Source: Nanobdellota archaeon
Lineage (GTDB): Archaea; Nanobdellota; Nanobdellia; Pacearchaeales; GW2011-AR1
Direction of reading: 5' to 3'
Assembly: GCA_020430505.1 (NCBI GenBank)
Contig: JAGQJT010000001.1
Span: 7,629-71,628 of the forward strand
Length of the DNA stretch: 64,000 bases
A program made the position numbers and the translations under genes. Position 1 is the stretch's first letter; each line of letters starts with the position of its first letter. Below are positions 36,424-45,137 of the stretch, piece by piece. The notes below the pieces were generated by a model, which did no database searches, was not told the origin of the DNA, and worked only from the letters and a program-made list of their open reading frames with translations.

Positions 36424-38276
36424 TTAAAATTTACCTCAACTTTTTTATTTTCGTACAAAATGTAATTGTTTTGCAAATCATCAAGAGAGTTCACCTCGGG
36501 AAGACTTTCAAAATTCAATTCCACATAATTTGAATTCTTTAATTCACTTTCTGAAATGAAATAACTTGTAGAACCTCCTCCAGACAAAACCTGTGAAACA
36601 ATTTGCTCAGGAATTGTGATCTCAAAACACTCTTGTTTTTTGGCCCCGAAAAAAGCCCCAATTCCAGTTGCTGGAACATCAACACATTGTTCTTGAGTTG
36701 TTTCTGCAAGGCTCAAAGAAGAATTTTTGTAGGTGGAAATTTGTATTTCATAATCTCCTTCTGAAAGCACCACTTCCTTGCTATTTGGGATTAAGATTGT
36801 TTGTGAATCTTCCAAAGAATTAAAAGTAACAATAGCATTTCCATTGTAAACTTGTCCATCTTTTTTCAATACAATTTCTTTAGAATATTCTTTATCCAAG
36901 AAAATGGAAATGCTTCCCTCATTTACACTACTATAAATTGAACTTGAATCCTTATAACCATCAGCAGTTATAATCAACTCTCCATTTACACATTGAGGCA
37001 AGTTTGCAATTAAAGAACCATTAGAAACTCCCGTTTCCCCTATAGAACATTTATTTCCAGAACACTCGTAAGAGATACTTGCTTCCACAGGACTACCTTG
37101 ATAATCTGAAACACTTATAGAAGTTTTCGAAAAACTATCCGAACAAATGTCTATTTGATTCCCTTGCTGAGCAATCCCTTCTGCAGGCTCTCTAGGGAGA
37201 TTTCCTCTTATCACAACTGCAACAGGAAATTGAAAAATTTCATCACCACTATAAACTTGGATTAAAGTTGGATAAGCCAGATTATAAACAAAATGATATG
37301 TAGTATAACAAAAACCCAAAATTCCTAACCCTTGTTGATTCCCAACAGGATCTGCAATCAAAAGAGAACCTTCACTAGGGTTAACTTCAAAACTATACGG
37401 CCAATCTTTAGAATAAATAAATCTAAAATTATTTTTTACTGCACTATCTACTTTAAAATAATCATTTTCTGTACCCTCACCTTTTATTGAAAGAGTATTA
37501 ATCTCTATTCCTTCCTTTAAATCTTCAAAGATTTTCTCTGCTCCCCAAGTCATAGGAGAACAACTTATTTCAACGCCATCTACAGGAGCATATAACCTCA
37601 TAAAATCAACAGCATAATTTTCTAAGAATAAACTTTTCTGTTCTTGATTATATAATTCAATAGCGTCGTCGTATAGTTCACCCAATTTAGAATCAACAAC
37701 TTTGCTATGTTTTTCAAGGACATAAGAAGACTCTCCTTTTGAAATAGACAATTTCAAATCAATATCAACTATTATTTCACTATTATCAATTTTAACATCA
37801 AGATTCATGCCATTTAAATCCCTCACCACCCCATAACCTTGGGAAGAATATTCTTCAAAATCACAATTTTTTATTTGATTTGATAAATATCTTTCCAATT
37901 CCCCCTCCATAAAACTTTTTGTTGGAACTTGTTCTTTTGCAATATTTCCTCCTGAAACATAATACCAGTAAGGAATTTCATTTCCCACAAAATCCAAATG
38001 CGAAGAAAAAGGCATATAAGTAGATCCTGATTCAAATTCAGTAGGATAAATGTACCCTGCACCCGAACCCAAAAGGCGAGAACCTACTAAAACTTTTTCA
38101 TTAACACAATCCAAAAAACTATTTTCTATTGGACTTACAAAATCTGGAACACTGCCTCCTATCCTCGTGGTGTTCCTAAATAAAAAATAAGCTCCAACAA
38201 TTGCTATAATTATTATAGCAATTATAATAAAAACTGTAACTTGCCCTCTTTTTCCTCTCTTTAACAACATAATCAA
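36420..38276 (-). CDS. exported protein with class III (type IV pilin-like) signal peptide, coupled to the giant gene
   Basis: 618 aa. N-terminus MIMLLKRGKRGQVTVFIIIAIIIIAIVGAYFLF (K/R-G-Q plus hydrophobic helix). Its stop overlaps the giant gene start (ATGA). Confidence 0.75.
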   Translation of the reverse strand: MIMLLKRGKRGQVTVFIIIAIIIIAIVGAYFLFRNTTRIGGSVPDFVSPIENSFLDCVNEKVLVGSRLLGSGAGYIYPTEFESGSTYMPFSSHLDFVGNEIPYWYYVSGGNIAKEQVPTKSFMEGELERYLSNQIKNCDFEEYSSQGYGVVRDLNGMNLDVKIDNSEIIVDIDLKLSISKGESSYVLEKHSKVVDSKLGELYDDAIELYNQEQKSLFLENYAVDFMRLYAPVDGVEISCSPMTWGAEKIFEDLKEGIEINTLSIKGEGTENDYFKVDSAVKNNFRFIYSKDWPYSFEVNPSEGSLLIADPVGNQQGLGILGFCYTTYHFVYNLAYPTLIQVYSGDEIFQFPVAVVIRGNLPREPAEGIAQQGNQIDICSDSFSKTSISVSDYQGSPVEASISYECSGNKCSIGETGVSNGSLIANLPQCVNGELIITADGYKDSSSIYSSVNEGSISIFLDKEYSKEIVLKKDGQVYNGNAIVTFNSLEDSQTILIPNSKEVVLSEGDYEIQISTYKNSSLSLAETTQEQCVDVPATGIGAFFGAKKQECFEITIPEQIVSQVLSGGGSTSYFISESELKNSNYVELNFESLPEVNSLDDLQNNYILYENKKVEVNFK

Positions 38277-38321
38277 AAGATGAAAAATATCTATATAAAT
38301 ATTTGTTTAATCAAGAAAAAA

Positions 38322-38510
38322 CTATGCCCTTCTTCGAGTTACTTTGAAAGAGAATAAACCTGCAATCACTAATAAGATTCCCCCTACAAACATTATCCAA
38401 GTATTTGCTTTGTTTAAAAAATCTGGAATGACCCAATAACTAAGACCCGCATTAATAAAATATGCTCCAAAAACAATGTAAACAACAAAATAAATTAATC
38501 CCTTCCTCAT
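38322..38510 (-). CDS. small two-TM membrane protein
   Basis: 62-aa ORF, two hydrophobic helices, first gene of the minus-strand surface cluster. Confidence 0.5.
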   Translation of the reverse strand: MRKGLIYFVVYIVFGAYFINAGLSYWVIPDFLNKANTWIMFVGGILLVIAGLFSFKVTRRRA

Positions 38511-38549
38511 AGAAATAAATATAAAATATTCTATTTAAATATTTCTAAA

Positions 38550-38621
38550 GGCCCCATAGTCCAGTGGTTAAGACGCATCGCTGACTTCGATGAAGCTCAA
38601 GTTCGATTCTTGATGGGGCCA
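38550..38621 (+). tRNA. tRNA-Val (anticodon GAC) with unusual U at position 37
   Basis: Acceptor GGCCCCA/TGGGGCC, anticodon stem CATCG/CGATG, loop CTGACTT, T arm TCAAG-TTCGATT-CTTGA. Confidence 0.75.
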
Positions 38622-38893
38622 TTTCTTTTACTTTTCTTCCCTCCTTTCGACTGCCCCCAATTATCTTTAACTAATTCAAAATCAAAATCTTCTTTTTTTA
38701 ATCCAGACAAATTACATAAATCGTTTAAAAAAGATTCTGAGATTAATCGTCTTCCAGAAAGATAATTTTTCAGACTAGAATAACTAATCCCCACTAAACG
38801 ATTTTTTAATTCATTCAGCGACGGACAAGATATGATTAGCATAACTTTAATAAAAAATTCCCTTTGTTTTCCTTCATTAAATTTTACACGCAT
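38597..38893 (-). CDS. possible small HTH protein; 3' end overlaps tRNA-Val by 25 nt
   Basis: ORF trimmed to MRVKFNEG. LNELKNRLVGISYSSLKNYLSGRRLIS looks helix-turn-helix. The overlap with the tRNA makes it doubtful. Confidence 0.3.
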   Translation of the reverse strand: MRVKFNEGKQREFFIKVMLIISCPSLNELKNRLVGISYSSLKNYLSGRRLISESFLNDLCNLSGLKKEDFDFELVKDNWGQSKGGKKSKRNGPIKNRT

Positions 38894-38953
38894 AACATAG
38901 CTGCGACACCACACTATAAAAAACTTTATAAACCAAATCTTCAGAGTATAATC

Positions 38954-39265
38954 ATGAAGATTCCAAAGACAACAAATAGATATTGTCCTTACTGTAAGAA
39001 AAAAACTGAACAAAAGATTAAGTTAGTTTCTACAGGTGGAAAAAGAGGAACTTTGAAAAGAGGAGGTATTGCAAGAGCGAAGCTAAGAGGTTTAGGAATT
39101 GGAATTGGGAATAAAGGAAAATGGGGTTCAAAACCTGCTGTTTCAAAATTCAAGAGAAAATCAAAAACAACTAAAAAGACAAATATAATGTACACATGTA
39201 GAGAATGTAGTAAATCGAAGTATCAAAAGAAAGGTATAAGGGCAGGTAAACAATTACAAGAATAA
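38954..39265 (+). CDS. rpl44e: 50S ribosomal protein L44e
   Basis: Trimmed to MKIPKTTNRYCPYCKKKTEQK... Second Cys pair CRECSK. Typical eL42 layout. Confidence 0.88.
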   Translation: MKIPKTTNRYCPYCKKKTEQKIKLVSTGGKRGTLKRGGIARAKLRGLGIGIGNKGKWGSKPAVSKFKRKSKTTKKTNIMYTCRECSKSKYQKKGIRAGKQLQE

Positions 39266-39266
39266 A

Positions 39267-39815
39267 ATGGCAATACAAAAAAGAAAAAAAAGATTTTTTA
39301 GCATTGATATTCCGTTGATAAAAAAGACAACACAACTTCAAGCATTCGAAGCAAAAGAGCTAGATGGAAGATTCATAAAATATGATTTGACAAGAAGCTT
39401 GAAAGGAAAAAGTGTTATCATAACATTACGGGTTGATGTCAAAGATGAAAGAGCAAAAACAGTTCCAAAAGAATTAAGATTAATGCCTTACTATTTGAAA
39501 AGACTTGTAAGAAAAGGAACTAGTTATGTTGAAGATTCATTTTCAACTCCAACTAAAGATGCTCAAATAAGAATAAAACCTTTCTTGGTTACCCGAAGAA
39601 AAGTTCCAAGAAGTGTTAGAAAAGCTCTTAGAGTTGCGGCTAATGAAGAGTTGAAAAAATATGCAAAATCAAACACTGTAGAACAAATCTTCGAGGACGT
39701 TTTGAAAAACAAACTTCAAAAAGATTTGAGTTTAAAGATGAAAAAGATTTATCCACTTTCTGTTTTCGAGATTAGAGTTTTGAAAGTTGAGAACAACACG
39801 GAAGGTCAACAATAA
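39267..39815 (+). CDS. rps3ae: 30S ribosomal protein S3Ae (eS1)
   Basis: 182 aa. ELDGRFIKYDLTRSLKGK..., C-terminal KKIYPLSVFEIRVLKV. Starts 1 nt after rpl44e. Confidence 0.85.
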   Translation: MAIQKRKKRFFSIDIPLIKKTTQLQAFEAKELDGRFIKYDLTRSLKGKSVIITLRVDVKDERAKTVPKELRLMPYYLKRLVRKGTSYVEDSFSTPTKDAQIRIKPFLVTRRKVPRSVRKALRVAANEELKKYAKSNTVEQIFEDVLKNKLQKDLSLKMKKIYPLSVFEIRVLKVENNTEGQQ

Positions 39816-39848
39816 ATCTTTTAAACAAATAATTCTTGAAAAATTCGT

Positions 39849-39920
<72 letters not shown>

Positions 39921-39940
39921 TATTTATTTTTGGACAAAAA

Positions 39941-40525
39941 TTAATCAAAACTAAAAGTAGGAGGTAAGAAAGGTCTAAGTTTAATAGGCAATATATCGTC
40001 TAGTTTCTCTATATCTTTATCATCCAACTCTATCAAATTCTTTTTATACTTTGCATAATATGATTTTTTTAACCTTTTTCTCTTAAGATATTTTTCCTCT
40101 TCACTACCCCAAAATTCAATCCAAACTTTTTCTCCAAGAGGGATGAAAAAATCACAATAAACTTCTTCTTCAATAGGGACTCTCCTTTCATAAGAATGAA
40201 CAATTCCCTTATGATAAAGCCAATTATCAATGATTTGTTCTGCTTTACTTCTTACCCTATGCCCATCTTCTGTGATGTATGTTGCAGGAAACTTGTTTCT
40301 AAAATCTTCTTCCTCTTTCTCTTCATCTGTTTGCTTATAGTTTTCTGCCTGTTTTTTATCAAAACCCTTTTTCTTCAAAAAACAATCATAACACAATAAT
40401 TTATCCCCTTTTTTCCAAACCCCGCATTCTTGACATTTGGAAACTTTTCCTTCCTCTCTCAAAGTATTACAAGATTTACATATTGGGAAAAATCCTGATT
40501 TTTCTCCACAAATTTGGCAAACCAT
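39941..40525 (-). CDS. zinc-ribbon protein with C-terminal PD-(D/E)xK-like nuclease-fold domain
   Basis: 194 aa. Four CxxC pairs at the N-terminus. VRSKAEQIIDNWLYHKGIVHSYE...CDFFIP...IEFWG resembles the nuclease-like module seen N-terminal to some superfamily-1 helicases. Confidence 0.45.
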   Translation of the reverse strand: MVCQICGEKSGFFPICKSCNTLREEGKVSKCQECGVWKKGDKLLCYDCFLKKKGFDKKQAENYKQTDEEKEEEDFRNKFPATYITEDGHRVRSKAEQIIDNWLYHKGIVHSYERRVPIEEEVYCDFFIPLGEKVWIEFWGSEEEKYLKRKRLKKSYYAKYKKNLIELDDKDIEKLDDILPIKLRPFLPPTFSFD

Positions 40526-40575
40526 TAAAATAAGACAATAAAAGAGTATAAATTATTTACTCTTAAAAAAATTAA

Positions 40576-40923
40576 TCACCACTTCCCCAAATTATCTTTA
40601 ACAACCTTAACCCAATTGTTAACAATATCCAAAATTAACTCATTAATCTTTTTCTTGTCTTTTATAGAATATAAAAATAAATAACCTCCAACCTGTTGAT
40701 TCATTTGAGATCTCCCTATCAAATCTTTTTCATAGAGTTTTTTCACTCCTCTTTGAATTGTAGATTTGTCAAGACTCAATTCTCTAGAAAGTTCCTCTGT
40801 ATCAAACTTCTTAGTGGAATGCTTTGAAAGAAACTTCAACAAGGCATAATCTGATTTAGAAAGCCCCAAGCTACACTTTACTACGTCTTCTATATCAAAT
40901 TTCTTACATGCGAAGTCTATCAT
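40576..40923 (-). CDS. winged-helix transcriptional regulator (MarR/TrmB-like)
   Basis: 115 aa. LKFLSKHSTKKFDTEELSRELSLDKSTIQRGVKKLYEKDLI. Confidence 0.6.
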   Translation of the reverse strand: MIDFACKKFDIEDVVKCSLGLSKSDYALLKFLSKHSTKKFDTEELSRELSLDKSTIQRGVKKLYEKDLIGRSQMNQQVGGYLFLYSIKDKKKINELILDIVNNWVKVVKDNLGKW

Positions 40924-40927
40924 TTTC

Positions 40928-41257
40928 TTACATTGATTTCAAAACTGAATCAATTTTACTCTTTAGCATATCTTCTGAAGCATAACCTACATGTCTTGCA
41001 ACTTCTTCGCCTTTATTCAAAAAGACCAGCGTCGGTATCCCTTGAATTTCAAATTTCATCGCCAAACCTTCTTGAGCTTGCGTATCAAGTTTTAGAAAAT
41101 TCATCTTCCCTTCAAACTCTTTACTCAAACCTTCAAAAACAGGTTTCATCATCTGACAAGGTCCGCACCAATCAGCGTAAAAGTCTACAACAGAAGGCAC
41201 ACTAGAGTTTTCTACTTCTTCTTCATAGTTCTCTAAAGTCAATTGTTTTGTAGCCAT
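40928..41257 (-). CDS. trxA: thioredoxin
   Basis: 109 aa. VVDFYADWCGPCQMMKP active site. AGGAG lies 8 nt upstream of the ATG. Confidence 0.9.
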   Translation of the reverse strand: MATKQLTLENYEEEVENSSVPSVVDFYADWCGPCQMMKPVFEGLSKEFEGKMNFLKLDTQAQEGLAMKFEIQGIPTLVFLNKGEEVARHVGYASEDMLKSKIDSVLKSM

Positions 41258-41292
41258 TTTATTCTCCTTATTTAAGTGCTGTTACAAAAAAG

Positions 41293-41321
41293 CAGTTCTT
41301 TATAAACGTTTTTGAGAACTG
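41293..41321. promoter_or_regulatory. 7-bp perfect inverted repeat (CAGTTCT-N15-AGAACTG) enclosing the TTTATAAA box of the trx-HTH operon
   Basis: Read directly. TATA at 41299-41306, 42 nt upstream of the trx ATG. Confidence 0.45.
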
Positions 41322-41349
41322 AAAAAACTTCTAAAAAATTGCAGTTTAA

Positions 41350-41901
41350 TCAAAGAAATTCTGCTTTACCATCTTCAACAAGTATTTTCGCGACTTCCCT
41401 CGGAATGTTCGAAACTTCTCCTTGAGAAAAAGGCCCCAAACTTTTTCCATCCATTCCCACAAAATCCCCTACGTCTTCTAAAAACACAATCATATCATTT
41501 TCAATTTCTTTTTCTTGAGCACTTCCATTAAGAAAGCTACTTAGTTCTTTATCTGATTTTTCTATATCTGCAACAAACCTCTCAAAAAGTTTTTTTTCAA
41601 TTAGAAGCATGTTATTAAAATCTTGCTTAGAGATCCCTGTTTCTGAAGCAATTAAAACAAGGTTCATAATTTTCCTTCTTCTTCTCCGCAATAACTCTTG
41701 AAAAAGAGTGATTGCATTTTCAAGCTGTTTTTTTGTTTTCAAAAGTACATCTGAAAAAACATCATTGTCTTTGGATGCTGCTTCTCTTTTTTCCTTCAAA
41801 TACTGAGCAACTTCTTTTACAAAATTTTTTGGAATAGGTTGCAATGTTTCTGAGTACCTTTCTCTTTTTGCAGCGTCGTAAATATCTTTGTACGTTATCA
41901 T
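41350..41901 (-). CDS. GINS subunit (Gins51-like)
   Basis: 183 aa. N-terminal helical part RERYSETLQPIPKNFVKEVAQYL, RRRRRKIMNLV. C-terminal FVGMDGKSLGPFSQGEVSNIPREVAKILVEDGKAEF. Confidence 0.6.
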   Translation of the reverse strand: MITYKDIYDAAKRERYSETLQPIPKNFVKEVAQYLKEKREAASKDNDVFSDVLLKTKKQLENAITLFQELLRRRRRKIMNLVLIASETGISKQDFNNMLLIEKKLFERFVADIEKSDKELSSFLNGSAQEKEIENDMIVFLEDVGDFVGMDGKSLGPFSQGEVSNIPREVAKILVEDGKAEFL

Positions 41902-42539
41902 TTTTTTAAATATTCTGGAATTTCAAATTTTAAAAATTCTGGAAATAAAACTTTTCCATAAACCAACCTATAAAAACATTCTGCAGTCAATTTAGAATCT
42001 TCTAAAGCGTTATGTACCCCTCGACTATCCTCCATTCCACAAAAATCAAGTATGTTTGAAAGGCCCATTGAACTATGATCTTCCTGAATAAGAAACTTTC
42101 CTCTTAAATCCTTATATCTAAGTTGAGCAATACTATGCAAATCAAAACTTCTAAAATGAAAGGGAATTTCTAATTCGAATTTCTTGGCTTTAATCTCCAA
42201 AAATGCAACATCAAATTGAGGATTTTGACAAAGAAAATTCTTAAATTTTCTTTTCGAAACCCACTTAAAAAAACGCTCCAACAATTTTTTTTGAGTTTGT
42301 TTATTCAAGTCTCTTAATTGTTCTTCAGTCTTTCCAGTAACTCTCAGAGCTCCTTCAAAAATGTCCTCTTCATCATCAACTCTTGATTCTTCCAAAAATT
42401 CTTCTCCAGAGATTGTATCATAAGCTCCAATTTGCCAAATTCCACATTTTACCCTATCAAGGCCACTTGTTTCAATATCCATTACTATCATCTTCAAAAA
42501 AAACAATTGCTCTTTTAATAGATTACTGTGATAAATCAC
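41898..42539 (-). CDS. DEDDh 3'-5' exonuclease (DnaQ-like)
   Basis: ExoI MDIETSGLD, ExoII NPQFDVAFL, ExoIII HNALEDSKLTAE. ATGA overlaps at both ends. The true start may be ATG 42491. Confidence 0.8.
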   Translation of the reverse strand: MIYHSNLLKEQLFFLKMIVMDIETSGLDRVKCGIWQIGAYDTISGEEFLEESRVDDEEDIFEGALRVTGKTEEQLRDLNKQTQKKLLERFFKWVSKRKFKNFLCQNPQFDVAFLEIKAKKFELEIPFHFRSFDLHSIAQLRYKDLRGKFLIQEDHSSMGLSNILDFCGMEDSRGVHNALEDSKLTAECFYRLVYGKVLFPEFLKFEIPEYLKK

Positions 42540-43783
42540 TTACTAAAACCAACTTTCTTCAATAAATCCTTTCCAAGAACTCTTCCAAGACTTCCCTTTT
42601 TTGCTTCCTCTTCATTAAAATGTTTTTCCTTAGGAACTCCCAGATTATACCATAAAACAGGAACAGGGTCCGCAGAATGATTTTTTAATTTACATGGAGT
42701 CGAGTGATCTCCAGTAACAAGTAATTGAATCTTATTTTGAGGAGCAAACTTTCTTAAAAAATTAAAAAAAGTTTTGTCTATATATTCCAGCATTTGTTTC
42801 TTTTCTAGGGGTTTGTTATCATGTCCTGGCAAGTCGGTTTCCTTTATATGAACATACATATAATCGGCAGTCTTGTGATATTTTTTTATTATTTTAATTA
42901 TAAATTTACAAGCTTTCTTTAACCCTTCATGAAGGTTTTTATAAGAATCTAATCCCTTAAGTTTTGGATAAGAAAAAGAATAATTTTTCATTCCACAAAC
43001 TTTTGAAAAACCAATTTCTAAAGGCATGTAATTTACAGAAATCCAATTTTTATACTGTTTAAGTTTGGGTTTTTCAATTCCTGCCCCCCTAACAAGAAGA
43101 TAATTTGCAGGTAAAAGACCTTTTTCTCTTCTTCTCAAGTTCACAGGATGGACATCTAAAACCTCAAAAGTTTTTCTTAAAAACTCATTCAAAACCGCAC
43201 AAGTATACTGAGAATTATCCTCCTCATCAAAAGGCCTACACGTAACAACTTTATCGGGCTCTTCAGATTTCCCCGCAACATAAGTTTTATCATTTCCTAG
43301 AATGTTATCTGAAAAACCCCCCTTCAAAAGTAAAGCTCCTCTATGCTGAACAGTTGCCACAAATTCAAAATCACATGGGAGGGTTATTTCATTTATGGCC
43401 TTTGCTAATTCTTGAGCTTCAGAAGTTGTCAAAGTTCTTCCAACTCTTCTATCTTTAATATTCCCTTTTGATAAAGAATCAATAGTTGCAAAGTTGACCC
43501 TCAATGCAAGATCCCCTCTTTTTGGCTCAAGTCCTGCCCCTCTTGCTTCTAATTGTCCACGAGTACTATCAATAAGATCATTCCCAAAAAGAGAAACAAT
43601 TGCTTCATCTGATTCAGGGATAAAATTATACCTAACAGGATAAACATAACCCATTTCACCCCGAGTTGCAAAAAAATCCATATTGGGTGTATTTGCAGCC
43701 TCTAAAGGGGTTTTATTGTCGAGCTGCTTGTGTGGCAAATCTCCCAAACCATCCATAATTACAAAAATCCCTTTCATTATCAT
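42536..43783 (-). CDS. apgM: cofactor-independent phosphoglycerate mutase, archaeal type
   Basis: 415 aa. GIFVIMDGLGD, ETDLPGHD, VTGDHSTP. Confidence 0.85.
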   Translation of the reverse strand: MIMKGIFVIMDGLGDLPHKQLDNKTPLEAANTPNMDFFATRGEMGYVYPVRYNFIPESDEAIVSLFGNDLIDSTRGQLEARGAGLEPKRGDLALRVNFATIDSLSKGNIKDRRVGRTLTTSEAQELAKAINEITLPCDFEFVATVQHRGALLLKGGFSDNILGNDKTYVAGKSEEPDKVVTCRPFDEEDNSQYTCAVLNEFLRKTFEVLDVHPVNLRRREKGLLPANYLLVRGAGIEKPKLKQYKNWISVNYMPLEIGFSKVCGMKNYSFSYPKLKGLDSYKNLHEGLKKACKFIIKIIKKYHKTADYMYVHIKETDLPGHDNKPLEKKQMLEYIDKTFFNFLRKFAPQNKIQLLVTGDHSTPCKLKNHSADPVPVLWYNLGVPKEKHFNEEEAKKGSLGRVLGKDLLKKVGFSK

Positions 43784-43877
43784 TTACAAAAGCAACTTTT
43801 GTTTATAAGGATTTAGACAAAAATAGAGTGATAACACAAATAACAAAACTTAAAACCCAAAACTATCTAATAAATTT

Positions 43878-45098
43878 ATGTTCGGAAAGCTAAAAGATAA
43901 ATTAAAATCCTGGGTGAATAAAGTTTCAAAAGACGAAGAAAAAGAAGAAGAAAATCAAAAGACACTAGAGGAAACTAAAGAAAAATCAAAGAAATCGGAA
44001 AAGACCAAAAAAGAAAAGAAAAAAGAATCAAAAAATAAGCAAGAAATTCTAGAAAGAGAAGAAACGGAAACAATTTCTGAATTAATTGAAGAAGATATTG
44101 ATAAAAAATTGAAGGGAGAAATCCAAAAAGAAGAATATAAAGAACCTCCAATGAAATATAATGAAGGAAAAAGCCTTTATGATCCAGATATAGAGAAAAT
44201 TGAAGAGATAGTTAAAGAAAAGAAAAAACAATCTCTTTTCAAAAAATTAACTTCAGGAAAAAGAACTTTCACGGAAAAAGACTTTGAAGAATATTCCGAG
44301 GAATTAGAAATGCTACTTTTAGAAAACAATGTTGCTTTGGAAGTTGTGGACAAAGTTTTGGAATATTTGAAAAAAGATTTGATTGACCAAGAAGTTGGAA
44401 AAAAGGAACTTGAAGAAAAAGTAAAAAAAGCTCTTAAAGAAGTTATAGAGATGGTTTTGGTCGAACCATTTGATTTGATTGAAAAAATTAAAGAAAAAAA
44501 AGAGAAACCATTTGTGATTTTATTTTGTGGAATTAATGGAACTGGAAAAACTACAACAATTGCAAAATTAGTGAACTTATTTAAGAAAAATAAGATGAAT
44601 TCTGTTATTGCTGCAGGAGATACTTTCAGAGCAGCTTCAATTGAGCAGTTAAAAAAACATGGGGATAAATTAGATACAAAAGTTATGTCCTCTGACTATG
44701 GAGCAGATCCTGCTGCAGTGGGATTTGATGCAATAAAATATGCTGAAAAAAATAAGTTAGATGTTGTTTTAATTGACACTGCAGGAAGAATGCACACTGC
44801 AAAAAACCTTTTGAGAGAAATGGAAAAAATAAAGAAGGTTTGCAAACCAGATTTAACAATTTTTGTTGGAGAATCAACAACGGGAAATGATTCAACTGAT
44901 CAAGTCAAAGCATTTGATGAAGAAATTGGAATTGATGCAATAATCCTGAGCAAAGCAGATGTGGATGAAAAAGGCGGAACCGCTCTTTCAGTAGGGTATA
45001 CGACAAACAAACCAATTATTTATTTGGGAACAGGCCAAGAATATGAAAAATTAGAAAAATTTGATAAGAAAAATTTCATTGAAAAATTAGGACTCTAA
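43878..45098 (+). CDS. ftsY: signal recognition particle receptor FtsY
   Basis: 406 aa. K/E-rich N-terminus. NG domain FCGINGTGKTTTIAKL, DTAGR, SKADVDEKGG. Confidence 0.92.
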   Translation: MFGKLKDKLKSWVNKVSKDEEKEEENQKTLEETKEKSKKSEKTKKEKKKESKNKQEILEREETETISELIEEDIDKKLKGEIQKEEYKEPPMKYNEGKSLYDPDIEKIEEIVKEKKKQSLFKKLTSGKRTFTEKDFEEYSEELEMLLLENNVALEVVDKVLEYLKKDLIDQEVGKKELEEKVKKALKEVIEMVLVEPFDLIEKIKEKKEKPFVILFCGINGTGKTTTIAKLVNLFKKNKMNSVIAAGDTFRAASIEQLKKHGDKLDTKVMSSDYGADPAAVGFDAIKYAEKNKLDVVLIDTAGRMHTAKNLLREMEKIKKVCKPDLTIFVGESTTGNDSTDQVKAFDEEIGIDAIILSKADVDEKGGTALSVGYTTNKPIIYLGTGQEYEKLEKFDKKNFIEKLGL

Positions 45099-45137
45099 TA
45101 TAATAATTTTTATAAATTAAAAAAACCCAATAATAAG

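Noticed and set aside
27081-38621. Integrated mobile element or prophage between tRNA-Leu and tRNA-Val
   Set aside because: There is no integrase, transposase, capsid or terminase gene. I could not spot a direct repeat of either tRNA 3' end, and the composition looks like the rest of the window. I kept it as a chromosomal surface locus.
38894-39013. Long form of the minus-strand ORF 38597-39013
   Set aside because: The upstream 40 codons overlap the rpl44e start and promoter and look like random hydrophobic sequence. Only the shorter HTH-like part is kept, at low confidence.
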